Source of the DNA: Cycas panzhihuaensis | Taxonomy: Eukaryota; Plantae; Cycadophyta | Reading direction: 5' to 3' | NCBI GenBank assembly: GCA_023213395.1 | Contig: CM041465.1 | Span: forward strand, 125,867,741-125,931,740 | Length of the DNA stretch: 64,000 nt | In this document: positions 29,227-43,143 of the stretch, piece by piece | Position numbering within the stretch: the stretch's first letter is position 1 | Layout: every line of letters starts with the position of its first letter | Made by a program: the position numbers and the translations under genes | Notes under the pieces: model-generated | The model's input: the letters and a program-made list of their open reading frames with translations, nothing else | What the model was told of the DNA's origin: nothing | Database searches by the model: none

Positions 29227-32200
29227 TGAAGGAAGGATGGATCTAGAGAATAAATCACTCATATGCATACAATGGCAATAAAGAATGAAAAAGAGGTGAA
29301 ATAAGATATAAGAGCAAAGCTTGGAGGTGAGAATGAATGATGACTCCCTTCCTAAGATTTTGCCTTTTATTATTGAGGGTAAGCATTAGGGTTAGAATTT
29401 TCCTGCCTAATGACATAAACCTAAAATTACATCTAACTGTATATAAAGCGCATTTCAGTAAGAGACTAATGCTAATAATATATCCTAAGGTCACTTAATT
29501 AGTCTACATAAATGACCTTAATACATTAACCTCTTTCAATCCCCCCCTTAATAGTGAAAGGTTATTTTGAGAAAATCTATTCTATGAGGTATTTATTTGA
29601 GTCTCATTATTACATTAAATTCTAAATGACACTTTTGTTGAAAAACTTTCATGGAAAAAAATAAATCCACAGACTTTTGAAGATCTATAGCCTCTTTTAT
29701 ATATCAAAATAGCTAAGATGGCTCTTTGATGTAGCCTGATAGCTAAGTAGCTTAAATGTGTAGCTTGCTTTTGCTGAGTCTCTATGTACCGTTTGGTCAT
29801 TCCCTATGCCCTTTTAGGTTTTCATAGGTTTCAATTTTCCAAAACTAGCACAACCCTTATCCTTTCGTGCCCACATGGGATTTTCATAAATAGGATAAAG
29901 TAGAGACTTACTCTTATTCTTCCGTGCCCATAAGGGGTTTTTAAGAATAGAATAGAGTATGATGATCATATTTCCATCTTCTTTGATCAGTCGAAGATGG
30001 AGGCCCTAAGGCCGAGCTACTTTTAGAACTATTCAAACTTCATCTTTTGTAGTAGTTTGGTGAAGATATCAGCCACTTGATCTACTGCGGGGTTGTATTC
30101 TAGTTGAATTGTGTTGTCATGAATAAGTTCTCAAATCCTGTAGACTTTTGTACTTATGTGTTTGGTACGATCATAAAATATAAGATATTTTGCCATGTGG
30201 ATTACTAATTGATTATCCACATAAATTTCGGTAGGACTTGTTAAGATGATATTCAATATTTCTAATAATTTTCTAAACCATATCACCTCCTTATTGGTCT
30301 CAGAAGCAACAATGTATTCAACTTCAGTAATTAAATCAATAACTATCTTCTACTATCTATATCTCTATGATATTGGTGATATTCCAAGAAATATTACATA
30401 CCTAGACGTAGATCTTTCTGTATCTTTATCTCATGAAAGTCTAAGTCTGTGTATGCAAAAAGATTAAATTCATTATTAGGTTCATACAACAAACCAACTT
30501 TACTGGTTGTCTTTAGGTATTTTAACACTCGAACTACAACCTGCCAGTGATTCTACTTAGGATTTGTCATAAATCATATAATAATGCTAATAGAGTGTGC
30601 AATATCTGGCCTTGTATTGGTAGTGTAGATGAGACTACCTACAAGTTTTTTATAGAGTATCGCATCTACCTCTCTAGTGTCACCATCAGTTAAGAGTTTG
30701 GTAATAATATCCATAGGTAAAGCCATTGGTCGAATATCTTTTAATTGAAACTTAGTTAGAAGATCGTTGATGTATTTTTCTTGGAAAAGAAAAAATTTTC
30801 TATTCTTTTGTATTACTTCAATTCCCAAGTAATATTTCATCAAACTGAGGTCAAAAAATTTAAACATTTTACCAAGGTCCTTTTTTAGTTAGCTTATTGC
30901 CTATTCACTATTACCCGTTACTAGCATATCATCCATAAAGATTATAAGATAAGTGACTTTATCCTTTTGGCACTTGATGAATAGTGTTGTATCAATATCT
31001 TAGTAGTCACAAATATCGTATCTAAGTTACCTAATTCTTTCAGATAACTTGGCAAACCAAGCATGAGGGACTTGTTTAAGGCTATACAAGGACTTTTTGA
31101 GCTTGCAAATCTTATGCTCTTGACCTTCAATCTCATATCCTTCTGGTTAAGCTATGTAAATTTCTTCTTCAAGATCCCCATTGAGAAACACGATCTTAAT
31201 ATCGAGATGGTGGATTTTCCAACCATATTGAGCATCTAAGGTGATAAGAGTTTTAATTGTAGGCCACTTAGTTGTAGGTGCAAAGACTTCAGTGTTGTTA
31301 ATACCTTCCCTTTGTATGAATCCTTTAACTACCAACCTCATCCTATGTTTTTCAAGGGTGTCATCTAATCTATATTTATTTTTGAACATCCATTTATTTT
31401 AAACTATCTTTCTGCCATGTGGTAGATCAACGAGCTCCTATATACTATTTTTTATGAGAGATTGTTATTATTCATTTATTGCATTTCTCTAAATTATATG
31501 TTTTACAGCTTCTTAGTATGAGAGAGGCTCTTCATTAAGAGTAATGTGCAGTTCTACCAATTTAAGCTTAGTATATAATGGTTCTTACATCCTTGCTCTA
31601 TGGGCACTTCGAGTGCTAGTTTTACTAGCTCATATGGTCATATATCCTTATTGAGCTGGTACGCTTCATAAGATCCTTGAATTGGGAATAAGGTCATCAT
31701 TTCCTCAACTTCTTGGTTCTCATCATTAAAATGATTATTTTGTGAGGAGGATGTTGATGTGCCTCAGGAAGATGGTCCTTCTACCATTGCTTTTCCTTTG
31801 CCAATTGAAGGTAGAGAGGATGATTCTTCTATAATGACTTTGCCTTTATCAACTCTACTATCTTCAAAGGATGGTATTAGATGTGCACTCATCGGTTTAG
31901 AGTTACAACTTATATCCTTTGAGGCTCTATTATCAACTTTCAATATTTGGAGTAATTTATGTGTGTCCTCCCCCTAAATTTTAGAATCTGAACATCATAC
32001 TTAATAACATCATTCTGTCAGTGTGAGGGTATTTTGGAGTCTAGTCTAAGCAATTGATCCTCTATCTCTGCAAAGACAACATCTCTAGTAATGATGATTT
32101 TTCATTATAAAGGTATAAAAACCTTATACCCTTTCTTGTCCATAGGGTATCTGGCAAATATATCTTTAAGTGCCCTTGGCTGAAGCTTATTTCGATCTGC

Positions 32201-33670
32201 ATCCAGAATGTGGGCATAGCATGTAGAGCTAAAAATTTTAAAGTAGTGAACAATGGGGGCTTGTCTTGACCACTTTTTATTAGGTGATTGTCCTTCCTTT
32301 GGTGGGCTAATAATATTGATGCAAAAATGACTGTCTAGATTGCTTTAGCTCATAGGTAAGTAGGTACATTTTTGTATATTAACATAGCTCTAACTATGTT
32401 CATTATTATCCTATTCATATACTTAGTAACTCAGTTTTACTGTGGGGCACCTACTACTATTATTTAATATTTGATGCCATTGTCTCGAAGGTAGCTTTCA
32501 AACTCATGTGAGGTATATTCGCCATCATTATTAATGCAAAGATATTTAAGTTGATAACTTGACTCTTTTTCAGTGCAGGCTTTAAATTCATTAAATACAT
32601 GGAAGGCTTCATCTTTCTTGTGTATAAAAACTACCCATACTTTCCCAATGAAATCATTAATGAAAGAGATATAATATAACTTGCTCTTCAGTGAAAGAAT
32701 GGGCATTGGTTTGCATAGATCAAAGTGTACTAATTATAATGGATGACTTGATTTCCACAGACTTTTGAAATAGGGTTGTCAATGAGATTTGGCAATGATA
32801 CAAGCTTTACACTTAAAGAGCTTGGAGGAGAACTTTGGAAGACTTAGAAGAGTGTTATAAAGATCTCTAAGTCTATCAATGTGAACATGGCCCATGTGAG
32901 TATGCCAAAGAGCTTTTGGTGACAATGTTGGGTGGGTTAGGATGGTGTTAAATGTAAATTTTTCATCGGCACAGGGGCTTTAGGCACAATGGGCTTTATA
33001 AGATAGAGAGTCATTCAGTTGAAAGAGTTTACTAGTGAGATGTCCAATCAAGACCACTTGATCAATTGGAGGGTAAATGAGCTAAAGAGTTTGGTCATTT
33101 ATAATTATACTCAGATTAAATTCACGAGAGATAAGTGTGGATAAGGAAAGTAGGTTTTGTTTGAGATTGGATATATATAAGACATCAAGCAATGTAAAAT
33201 CTCTTAAGCCTAGGAGTTTTAGGCAAATGTTACCAATTCCTTCAACACGTTGTTGTGATTTATTAGTTATGTGAACAACTCCTTGAATATTTGAGTCAAA
33301 TGTTTGATATAGACTGTGATGTGCATCATATGTTGAGTTAATCCTATGTCTATGATCCACTGTCTATCGGTTGAAGCAACGCTATTTGCAATTCTAATAG
33401 GACTTAGCATTAGTGAAGAGAAAAGAGATGAAATAAGATACAAGAAAAAAGCTTAGAGGTAAAAATGAATAATGACTCCCTTCTTGAGATTTTATCTTTT
33501 ATTATTGAGGGTGAGCATTAGGGTTAGGATTTTCTCACCTAATGATACGAATCCGAAATTACATCTAAATGCGCATAAAGCATATTTTAGTAAAAGACTA
33601 ATACTAACAACATATCCTAAGGTTACTTAATTTATCTACACAAATGACCTTGATATATTAACCTCTTTCA
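29227..33670 (-). mobile_element. Ty1/copia family 1 nested in the CRM gag-AP junction; gag and PBS deleted
   Basis: 3' LTR 29227-29538 (TG..CA), PPT ccccccctta at 29541-29550, RT (RLVVKGFIQREG, LVGSLIYTTNTRPDIA), IN, protease WIIDIG, 5' LTR remnant ~33417-33670; degenerate TSD aatgg/aatac. Confidence 0.93.
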
Positions 33671-33844
33671 AATACTTCAAAGAACTATGATAGCACCTAG
33701 GTAATGACCCATACAAGATAAAGGAAGGATAAAGATGGATGGTGATTTATGGTTATGAAATAATTTTTTTAGGATAAGATGTATTGCAGGAGGAAAGGTA
33801 TGCGAAGTTATAATTGATGGTGGTAGTTGTGAGAATATGATCTC

Positions 33845-34030
33845 TATTAGGGTTATCACCCCACTCCTACCTTTTGTACATGTGAACACACACATATTAA
33901 GGTAAGTTAGGTAAGGTTAAGTTTAACTTGAGTTAAGTAGGTTTCTCTCCCTCACAATTATATATTTCTGGGGTGAAAAACCTTGGTGTCTTTAGACACC
34001 ACCAACTATTGGAGATCTATTATACTCTTT
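33845..34030 (+). mobile_element. Truncated family-2 LTR at the site of the CRM RT deletion
   Basis: Same insertion point as 10524 and 17247; CRM resumes at ~34031. Confidence 0.8.
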
Positions 34031-35969
34031 TATAAGGGCAATTATTGATTGGTAATTATTAACACACAAACATAAGGGCAATTATTGATTAGCCAACACT
34101 TAAGACTATGATAGAGGTAAGAAGTTTTCACGGTTTGGGTCAGTTTTATAGAAAGTTTATTAGAAACTTTAGTGGGATTATTACACCCTTAATAGACTAT
34201 ATGAAGGGTAAGGAGTTGACATGGACAAGGGAAGAAGATAATAGCTTCCAACTCTTAAAGAAAAAGGTAGCTGAGGCACCAATCCTTATACTACCAAATT
34301 TTAAAAAAGTATTTAAGGTCGGTTATGGTGCTTCATATATTTCACTTGTTGCAGTGCTTAGTCAAGAAGAAAGACTTATATCATTTTATAGTGAGAAGCT
34401 TAATGAGGCAAGAAGAATGTATTCAACCTATGACTTAGAATTTTATACAATTGTCCAATCTTTAAGGTATAAGAGGCATTCCCTCATACCTATGGAATTT
34501 GTCCTATTCACTGATCACTAAGCCTTGAGATATATAAATACCAAAAGGAAATTAAATACTAGAAATGTTAAGTGAGTATCTTATCCCCAAAGCTTTATAA
34601 TTATTTTGAAGAATGAATCAGGCAAACTAAACCATGTTACTAATGCATTGAGTAAGTGAGTAGGATTATTTACAACCATGGCAAATAAGATGATAGTATT
34701 CAAAGCTATTAAGGATTTGTATGACTCAGACCCAAACTTTGGAACAATTTCTAAGCATTGTAAGAAACCTCTAATTAAGGGAGGCAATTCTTCCTATGAT
34801 GATTACATTGTGTAACATGGCTACTTATTTAAAAATAGACAATTGGGTATCCTAGTGGGCTCCATAAGAGAGAACATTATACAAGATTTACATAGTGAAG
34901 GTCTTGTAAGGCATTTTGGTCGAAATAACACCATAGTTCTAGTAGAAGAAAAATATATTTGGCCTCGAGTAAAGGGTGATGTGGCAAGATTTGTGGCATG
35001 TTATAGAATATGCCAAATGGCTAAGGGACATGCACAAAATATTGACTTATATATGCCCTTACTAGTATTTGAGTCACCATGGATAAACTTAAGCATGGAT
35101 TTCATATTGGGATTGCCACATACACAAAGAGGTAATAATTCAAAATCTATTGTTATTGTTTACTTTTAAAAATGGTTCATTTTATTGCATGCAAGAAGAT
35201 AAATGATGTTGTTAGAATAACATATTTATTCTTTAAAGAGGTTGTAAGGTTGCATGGCATTCCTAAGATTATCACTTTAGATCAGGACACAAAGTTTTTC
35301 AACTATTTCTGGAAGACTCTATGGAAGAAGTTGGAAACCAAACTTCAGTTTAGTAGTGCCTACCAACCATAGACTGATGGGCTGACTAAAGTGGTAAACA
35401 AAAGTTTAGTTAACTTGTTAAGGTGCATTATTGGGGAGAAGCCCAAATAATGGGACTTAGCATTAACCAAGGAAATATATATATATAACATTCTTGGAAA
35501 TAGGTCGATAGGTATATTATCTTTTAAAGTTATATATGAAAAAAACCTTAAGGGTGTGCTAAACTTAATACATCTACCTATTAGGGGAAATGTGAGTGAC
35601 GATGCAAAAGCTTACGTAAAGAATATACAATGGTTTGACGAGGAGGTAAGGAAAAAGTTATAGAACACTAATAAAAAGTACAAGGAAGTAGTAGACAGGA
35701 CCCATGGATATAAGATATTTGAAGAAGGTGACTTAGTAATGGTTTACTTAAAGAAAGATAGATTCCCCCAAGGGACCTATAACAAGCTCAAATATAAAAA
35801 GGTTGGGCCATATTGGATTATAAAAATGATTAATGACAATGCATACAAGGTGGATCTTCCTGAATACTTTGATGTTTTAGATCTATATGTATATCATTAA
35901 GGAGATGAAGAGGTAGATTGTGAACGTAAAGTGGCAAGTCGGGAGCTCCAAATGACAAGGAAGAAGCGA

Positions 35970-36090
35970 GAAGATATTAGATATGAAGGCAATGAGTACA
36001 AAATAGGGAAATTATAATAAGTACCTAGTGTAGTGAAAATGTCTACCATAAGCAAATAACAGATGGATAACCGAAGAAGAACTAAAGTAG
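35970..36090 (+). other. Degenerate chromodomain at the CRM integrase C-terminus
   Basis: KILDMKAMSTK*GNYNKYLV**KCLP*ANNRWITEEELK fits the chromodomain pattern YLVxWK...xxW. Confidence 0.7.
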
Positions 36091-36164
36091 TTAAATCTTG
36101 ACAAATGGCATGAAATTCATCATAATAATTTGTAGGGAATGAATTCTTTTCAACCTAGGGATAA

Positions 36165-36765
36165 TGATGTAGGAGCATCTAGACCTTCATCATAACTCCA
36201 TCTATTTTTTACTTTTTAGTTATTTTACTCTAAATTTTAGGATCTATTAATTAAAGAATAACTTTTAACTTGGTAGTCAAAATTCAATCCTTCAAATACC
36301 AAATCGAAGGTCTATTCAAGAAGAACAAGTGAAAATAGCCTAAGATGGGGCCAAAGGCCCATCGTGGGCCCAAAGTTTGCTGACCAAAAAAATACTTTAA
36401 AAATACCTAAAAATTAATATTTATTTTGTATGTCTAAAAATAATAGTTAATTTTATATTAGTTTTCACTTTTATGTAACGACCCTTAGTGGTCTAGCTTT
36501 CTTTAGTAGGAATTAACTTATATGGAAGTACATAGTATTTTATATAATGGAGAAGTTTTTAAGGTTAGGGTTAGAAGTTTTCAGACTTCTTGCTTTTACT
36601 TATATAAATGTAATTTTAGACTATTTTTTGGTAGATTTAAATGGAATATAATAGAGTTCGAAGTAAAACAACTCTCTCTATTCTTTGGACTTTTTCTTTT
36701 TCTCTTTCCTGTTTGAGGTTGGTGCATGTGAGATAGAATCTTTTCCTTGCAGGCTTTCCTCATGA
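36165..36765 (+). repeat. CRM 3' LTR
   Basis: Homologous to 6932-7537, 27267-27873 and 39105-39711; preceded by a decayed PPT and followed by TAGAT. Confidence 0.92.
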
Positions 36766-37019
36766 TAGATACATATGATGAACATGAAATATGTAAGACA
36801 ACTTGTAAGGGGCGAAATCTAGATTATAGAGAAGATAAAGGAGGATGTCTATATGAGAGAAATATATGGGGGATTATGGTAAAGGTGATTTTAAATGTAA
36901 ATAATATGTATTAAAGGTTAGACTGAGAGGCATTATGAAGGCATGGTGGATGAAGGGTAGGAGAAGTGGGAAGTTAAGAGAAATGGATATTCTAGATTGG
37001 GTTTGAAGTAGAGATTATG

Positions 37020-37497
37020 AGGTGCCATGTCCTTATGAATGAAAAATAAATATTATAATAACTTATCTCAATTATTATACGAAGTCTATGATATATTATT
37101 ACATGGCCATAAATAAAACCAAGACAACTAAAATTTTTTTATAGTAACTTTTCGTTACGTACGTATATTATAGTGATTTATTTACAAAGTTTTTTGTTAT
37201 AATGTAATACTAATAGGTTGCTTAAAGTATGTATGATTACAGTCTTGCCTTGAATCTTATGTTGTGAACTAGTAAATATGAAAATAATTTATACACAACC
37301 CTCTCCCTTAATACACATACATGCATACATATATTACAAGGGATTGATGGATGATGGGTAAGGAAAAAATAAGGGAGATTTATGGATAAGGAGGATAATG
37401 GTATAGATAATAACAAGTAAATGAAATTTAATTAATAAGCAAGTTTAAGAAATGTCTAGTTTGTAGGTGATATATAGGGGTTTATAAGTGATGAATA
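37020..37497 (+). repeat. Unclassified dispersed microsatellite-associated repeat (inverted copy at ~63055-63340; related to ~5980-6290)
   Basis: ctagtttgtaggtgatatataggggtttataagtgatgaata is the reverse complement of ~63057-63100. Confidence 0.8.
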
Positions 37498-39104
37498 TTA
37501 TATACTCCTAAGATGGTTGTAGAATCTAATTCATTCACTCTTTATAAATATAGATTCATTAATATTATGCTATTTTATGTTGCATATTTATATTAAATTT
37601 GCTAAAATGTCATCATTGTAGAATGAAATTTAGGAGTTTATTTTTATATTCTTTCTCTATTTTATAATAATTAGAAATGACAAGTCTCATTTTATTATCA
37701 AATTCTCATAATTAGTAAAATTTCATATTGTTAGTTGATCGTCACAACTTTAAACGAGTAAAAATATATTAAAGAATTATTGCTATTTATTCATTAAAAA
37801 ATGACCTTTAATTTATAATTAAATATGAGAATCCTTTGTTCTTTACTAAAACAACTAATCTTAATGGAAAAAATCATCACGAAAATTATCCAGAAAAGGG
37901 CAAAGACACTTGACATTGAGTTTATGTTCAAATGGTTCTAAAAGATGCTATGAAAGCTTTCTCAGATTATTGTTAAAATCTAATGAAATAGTATTACACC
38001 TCTGATGCTTATGATCCAAATCACTTAATAATGGCCTAAATATGCTTGACATAGGGTTTATGTCCAAATGGCTCTAAAAGACTATATAGAGGTTTTTTTA
38101 GATGATTGTTGAAAGCCAATGAACTAATGCCATATCCTTATTTCTTTTTGGATGATTATTGATAGTTAATATAATAATGCCATGTCCTTATAAACAAAAA
38201 GTAAACATTATAATAACTCATCTTAGTTATTATACAAACCCTATGATATATTATTATCTATCCATAAATAAAAGCAAGATACCTAATTTTTTTTGTAGTA
38301 ACCTTTTGTTATGCATATACTCTATAGTGACTTATTTACTTAGTTTTTTATCATAATTTAATGTTAATAACTTGCTTGAAGTAAGTATGATGACAATTTT
38401 TCCTTGAATATTATATTATGAAGTAATAAATATGAAAATAATTTGTACACACCCCTTCCTCTAGATAGACATATATATACATGTCTGCATGTGTACACAC
38501 ACATACATACATACACACATATGTATGTATGCATGTATAGGTACTTGCATGTGTGTATATGTATATATACATGTACATACACACACATATGTGTGTGTGT
38601 GTATGTGTGTGTATGCGTGTTGTGTGTGTGTTTATTTGTTTATGTATGTATACATACATATACACACAAACATAAAGGCAACATACAACTTTAATTTATC
38701 ATTTGCTAAGACTAAAATATCATAAGCATTTGGTATACCTTCTTGTTATCTCCCTGAACTAACCCATACCTATTATTTTCTTATTTGTTATAATACACTA
38801 TTAAGGATGGATTTTATATGGGATGCTACATTTGAATGATACTCAAATCTATATGTTTTGAATTCAACTTGCTTGAGGCTTTTCATCATATTTGCACAGT
38901 ATGTCCATTTAAAGTTATCATTGATAGGGGTTGAGGGAATGTAGAGGAAGGATGTAGATTATAGAAATTAACCTATACAATTTAGAGAATAATTAGTTAG
39001 ATGGTCATGGTAGTGAGATAACTTTAATTGAGGATTGACCCATGAGTTACATGAACGGTTCATGGAAACCTAATGGGAGATACGACATGCGAAAGAAAAT
39101 AGAT
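37490..39104 (+). repeat. Array unit D flank: MKK 3' UTR remnant, 3' flank and microsatellite (38470-38670)
   Basis: Co-linear with 24940-27266; no kinase coding sequence. Confidence 0.9.
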
Positions 39105-42100
39105 TGATACAGGAGCATCTAGACCTTGATCATAACTCCATCTATTTTTCACATTTTTAGTTATTTTACTGTAAATTTTGGAGTCTATTGATTGAAGCAT
39201 AACTTTTGAATCGATGGTTAGAATTTAATGAATCTAGCACTAAATCGAAGGTCTATTCAAGAAGAATAGATAAAAATGGTCTAGGATAGGGTTAAAGGTC
39301 CATCATAGGCTCCAAATTTGCCTACCAAAAAAATGCTCTAAAAATACCTAAAAATTAATATTTAGTTTATATATGTAAAAATAATAGTTAATTTTAAACT
39401 AGTTTTCACTTTTATGTAATGACCCTTAGTGATCTAGCTTTTCTTACTTGGAATTAATTTAAAAATATAGAATTGCATAGTATTTTACATAATTAAGGAG
39501 TTTTTAGGGTTAGGGTTAGAAGTCTCTTGACTTCCTATTTTTCTTTATATAAATATAATTTAGGATTATCTTTTGGTAGATTTGAATGAAATAGAATGGA
39601 ATACAAAGTAAAATGACTCTCTCTATTCTTTATAATTTTTCTTCAGCTCTTTCTTAATTTTAGGTTAGTGCATATGAGATAGAATCTTTTCCTTACAAGT
39701 TACCCTCATCATCTAGTATCAGAGTATGGTTTAGCTGTAGGGTTAAAGAAAGAAACCATAAAAATTTGAGGTATTGTAATGGATAGTTGTTGAAGAGACT
39801 ACATAGGTTGTAGAGTATTCTTATTGAAAGGGTAAGGGATTACTCATTGGGGCTTAGGAGCCTTTAAGAAAGCTTACAGAAGAAGCTTTAGGACCCAAAG
39901 TGATTAGGTAAAGAGAAGAGCAGTTAAAAATGCTATGAAGAGGAGGAAGAGTAAACTATGTTGAAGTGAATAGAAACTTGTAGGAGCTGCAAAAGACAAT
40001 GGAATAGCTTGCTAATGTAGTATTAAGAGACAGACATGGAGGAAATACCAATGAAGAAGAAGAATTAAGTGATTATAGTATAAGATTTGAAGAGGATGAG
40101 CTACAAGAACCACAGACAATAGAAGAAATATTCTTAAAATCACTTGAATATAAAAGTGATGGAACCAAGATTGACATTCCATACTACTAGGGGAGTTTAA
40201 AACTAGAGGAGTTAGTAGATTGGTTAAATGCCATGGAAAAGTTCTTCGAATGAAAGCAAATGACTAAACAAAATGAGGTAAAGTTTACATGCATAAAATT
40301 AAAGGGACATGAAACTATTTTATTGGACTACTTGCAAAAGGAGAAGGTAAAGAAAGGTAAAGAAAATATCAGAACATGGACCAAAATGGTTAAGAAGTTG
40401 AGAGAGAAGTTTCTACTAATTGAATATTCTCAAACACTCTTTAGAAAGTTCTATAAGCTTTCCATTCATGTGGAGCATGAGTAGACAGATGAATAAGTTA
40501 TTGTAAGATATATAAATGGTTTGAAGTTTTCAATTCAAGATGAACTTAACATGTATAGAGTTAAATAAATGAAATATGCATATCAATTAGTATTGAAGGT
40601 AGAAGAGAAATAAAATAGACATACTACTCGAAGGTTCTCTATGATAAGAAGAGGTTCATCACCTTTGTACAGAAGTAGAGGAGAAATTCCCTGTATGAGA
40701 GGAGAATTATCTAATAGGATGTAAAGACAAGAAGTCAAGAGGTATGATGAAATGCAAGGAGGGAAAGGAGCTAGGAACTAACTCAAGGGAAGAGGATTTC
40801 TAGAAGCCCAACAAGGTAAAGGTTTTAGTGATGGAAAACGATGGAGGACACATTTTATTTATTTTAGATGTGGGGAAGGAAACAGGGCATTTAAATGTCC
40901 TCATCACCATGAGAAATAATCAAGAAGGTAAGAAGACCATTTAAGGATAAACTTGAACCAAAATGAAGGAGTTATAATAGATGAAGGTGAGAGCTTAATA
41001 GTTTAGAGAACCACGATAGCACCTAGGTAATGACCCATACAAGATAAAGATGAATGATGATTCATGGTTATGAAATAATATTTTTAGGACAAGATATACT
41101 ACGGGAGGAAAGGTATGCAAAGCTATAATTGATGGTGGTAGTTGTGAGAATATGATCTCTAATGAAATATTGGAAAAATTAAAATTAAGTTATGAAGCAC
41201 ATCCACATCCATGTTATATATCTTAGTTCAAGAAAGGAAATGACATACTATTGACAAAAGATGCTAAGTTAAATTTAGCATTATAAAATCATATCAGGAT
41301 GAGATATGGTATGACATGATCCCGATGGATGCATGCCATTTATTATTAGGGAGATTGTAGTTGTAAGATAGGAATGCCTTTTATAATGGTAAGAATAATA
41401 CTTATACATGCTAGAAGAATGGTGTCAAGGTAAAGTTATAACCACTTAAGGAAGGAGGGTATGTAGAAAGCATATTGACTGCTAAAGAATTTATGAAACA
41501 TGTGCGAAAGGCTAGGACTTAATATGCCTTAATGGTAAGATAAATAAAGGAGGATAACATAGAGATACTAGGTGAGATAGTAGGGTTATTAGAGGAGTAC
41601 AATGATATTATGCCAGATGTGTTACTTGATGGCTTACCACCAGTAAGAGACATTCAACACCAAATCGACCTAATCGCAAGGTTAAGCTTACTAAACCAAG
41701 TAGCTTATCAGTTAAGCCCAATGGAGAATGACGAGTTAAATCGATAAGGGAATTGGTAGAGAAAGCTTGAGTCACTCTGCAATTCTAGTATTGGTAACTC
41801 CAAAGAAAGATGGCTCATGGAAAATGTGTGTTGATTCTAGAGCAAATAACAAAGATAACGATTAAATATTGGTTCCTTATACCTCATATGGATGATACGC
41901 TAGATGTATTAATAGGTGCTTCCTACTTTACAAAGATTGACCTTAAGAATGGGTATCATCAAATTCAAATTCACGAAGGGGATGAGTAGAAGACAACCTT
42001 CAAGATGAGGGATAAATTGTATAAATAACTAGTCATACCATTTAGAATATTAAATTCCCCAAGCATGTTCATGAGATTGATGAATGTTGCAACCATTCAT

Positions 42101-43143
42101 TAGTAAATTTACAGTTGTGTATTTTGATGACGTTCTTATTTTTAGTAAGATTAAGGAGGAGCACTTAATGCACTTAAGGATGGTGCTTGAAGTGTTAAAG
42201 AAACAGAAGTTATATGCAAATATAAAGAAGTGTAAGTTTATATAAGGGAGCCTAGTGTTTCTAGGCTTTGTGATTTTTCAAGAGGGATTGTAAATGGATG
42301 AGGAGAAGATCAGGGTAATTATTGTTTGGCCAACACCTAAAACTATAATAGAGGTAAGAAGTTTTCATGGTTTAACTCAGTTTTATAGAAAGTTTATTAG
42401 AAACTTTAGTGGGATTGTTGAACCTTTAACTGACTACATAAAGGGTGGGGAGTTGACATGGACTAGGGAAGCAAAGAATAGCTTTTAACTCTTAAAGAAA
42501 TAGGAAGTTGAGGCACTAGTCCTCACACTACTAAATTTTAGAAAAGTATTTGAGGTTAATTGTGGTGCGTTACATATTGTAATTGGAGCAATGCTTAGTT
42601 AAGAAGAAAGACCTATAGCATTTTATAGTGAGAAGCTTAATGAGGTAAGAAGAAGGTATTCATCCCATGACTTAGAATTTGATGCAATTATCCAATCTTT
42701 AAGGCATTAGAGGCATTACGTCATACTTAAGGAATTTGTCCTATTCAGTGATCACTAAGCCTTGAGGTATGTAAATACCAAAAAGAAATTAAATGCTAGG
42801 CTTGTTAAGTGGGTATCTTATCTCCAAAGCTTTACAATTATTTTGAAGAATGAATCACGCAAATATAATCATGTTGCTGATATATTTAGTAAGGGAGTGG
42901 AATTATCTACCACCATGACAAATGAGGTGATAGTATTTGAAGCTATTAAGGATTTGTATGACTAAGACGTTGACTTTGGAATAATTTCTAAGCACTACAA
43001 GAATCCTCTAATTAAGGGGGGCAGTTCTTCCTATGATAATTACGTTCTGTAGGATGGCTACTTATTTAAGAATAGATAATTGTGCATCTTAGTGGGCTCC
43101 ATGAGAGAGAACATCACATGAGATTTGTATATTGGAGGTCTTG
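39105..43143 (+). mobile_element. CRM-type Ty3/gypsy, unit D: 5' LTR 39105-39711, PBS, gag, AP, RT, RH, start of IN (resumes 46868-46971)
   Basis: PBS tagtatcagag; IIDGGSCENMIS; [13 protein letters not shown]; VYFDDVLIFS at ~42117; RSFHGLTQFYRKFIRNFS. Confidence 0.93.

Larger units (their letters stand above)
27267..36765 (+). mobile_element. CRM-type chromovirus (Ty3/gypsy), unit C: both LTRs, gag, AP, RH, IN, chromodomain; RT deleted; nested copia
   Basis: 5' LTR 27267-27873, PBS 27876-27887, zinc knuckle [56 protein letters not shown], 3' LTR 36165-36765 starting TGATG; TSD tggat/tagat. Confidence 0.92.

Noticed and set aside
39503-39519. TTTAGGGTTAGGGTTAG telomere-like run
   Set aside because: Only 2-3 units inside an LTR; not an interstitial telomere array.
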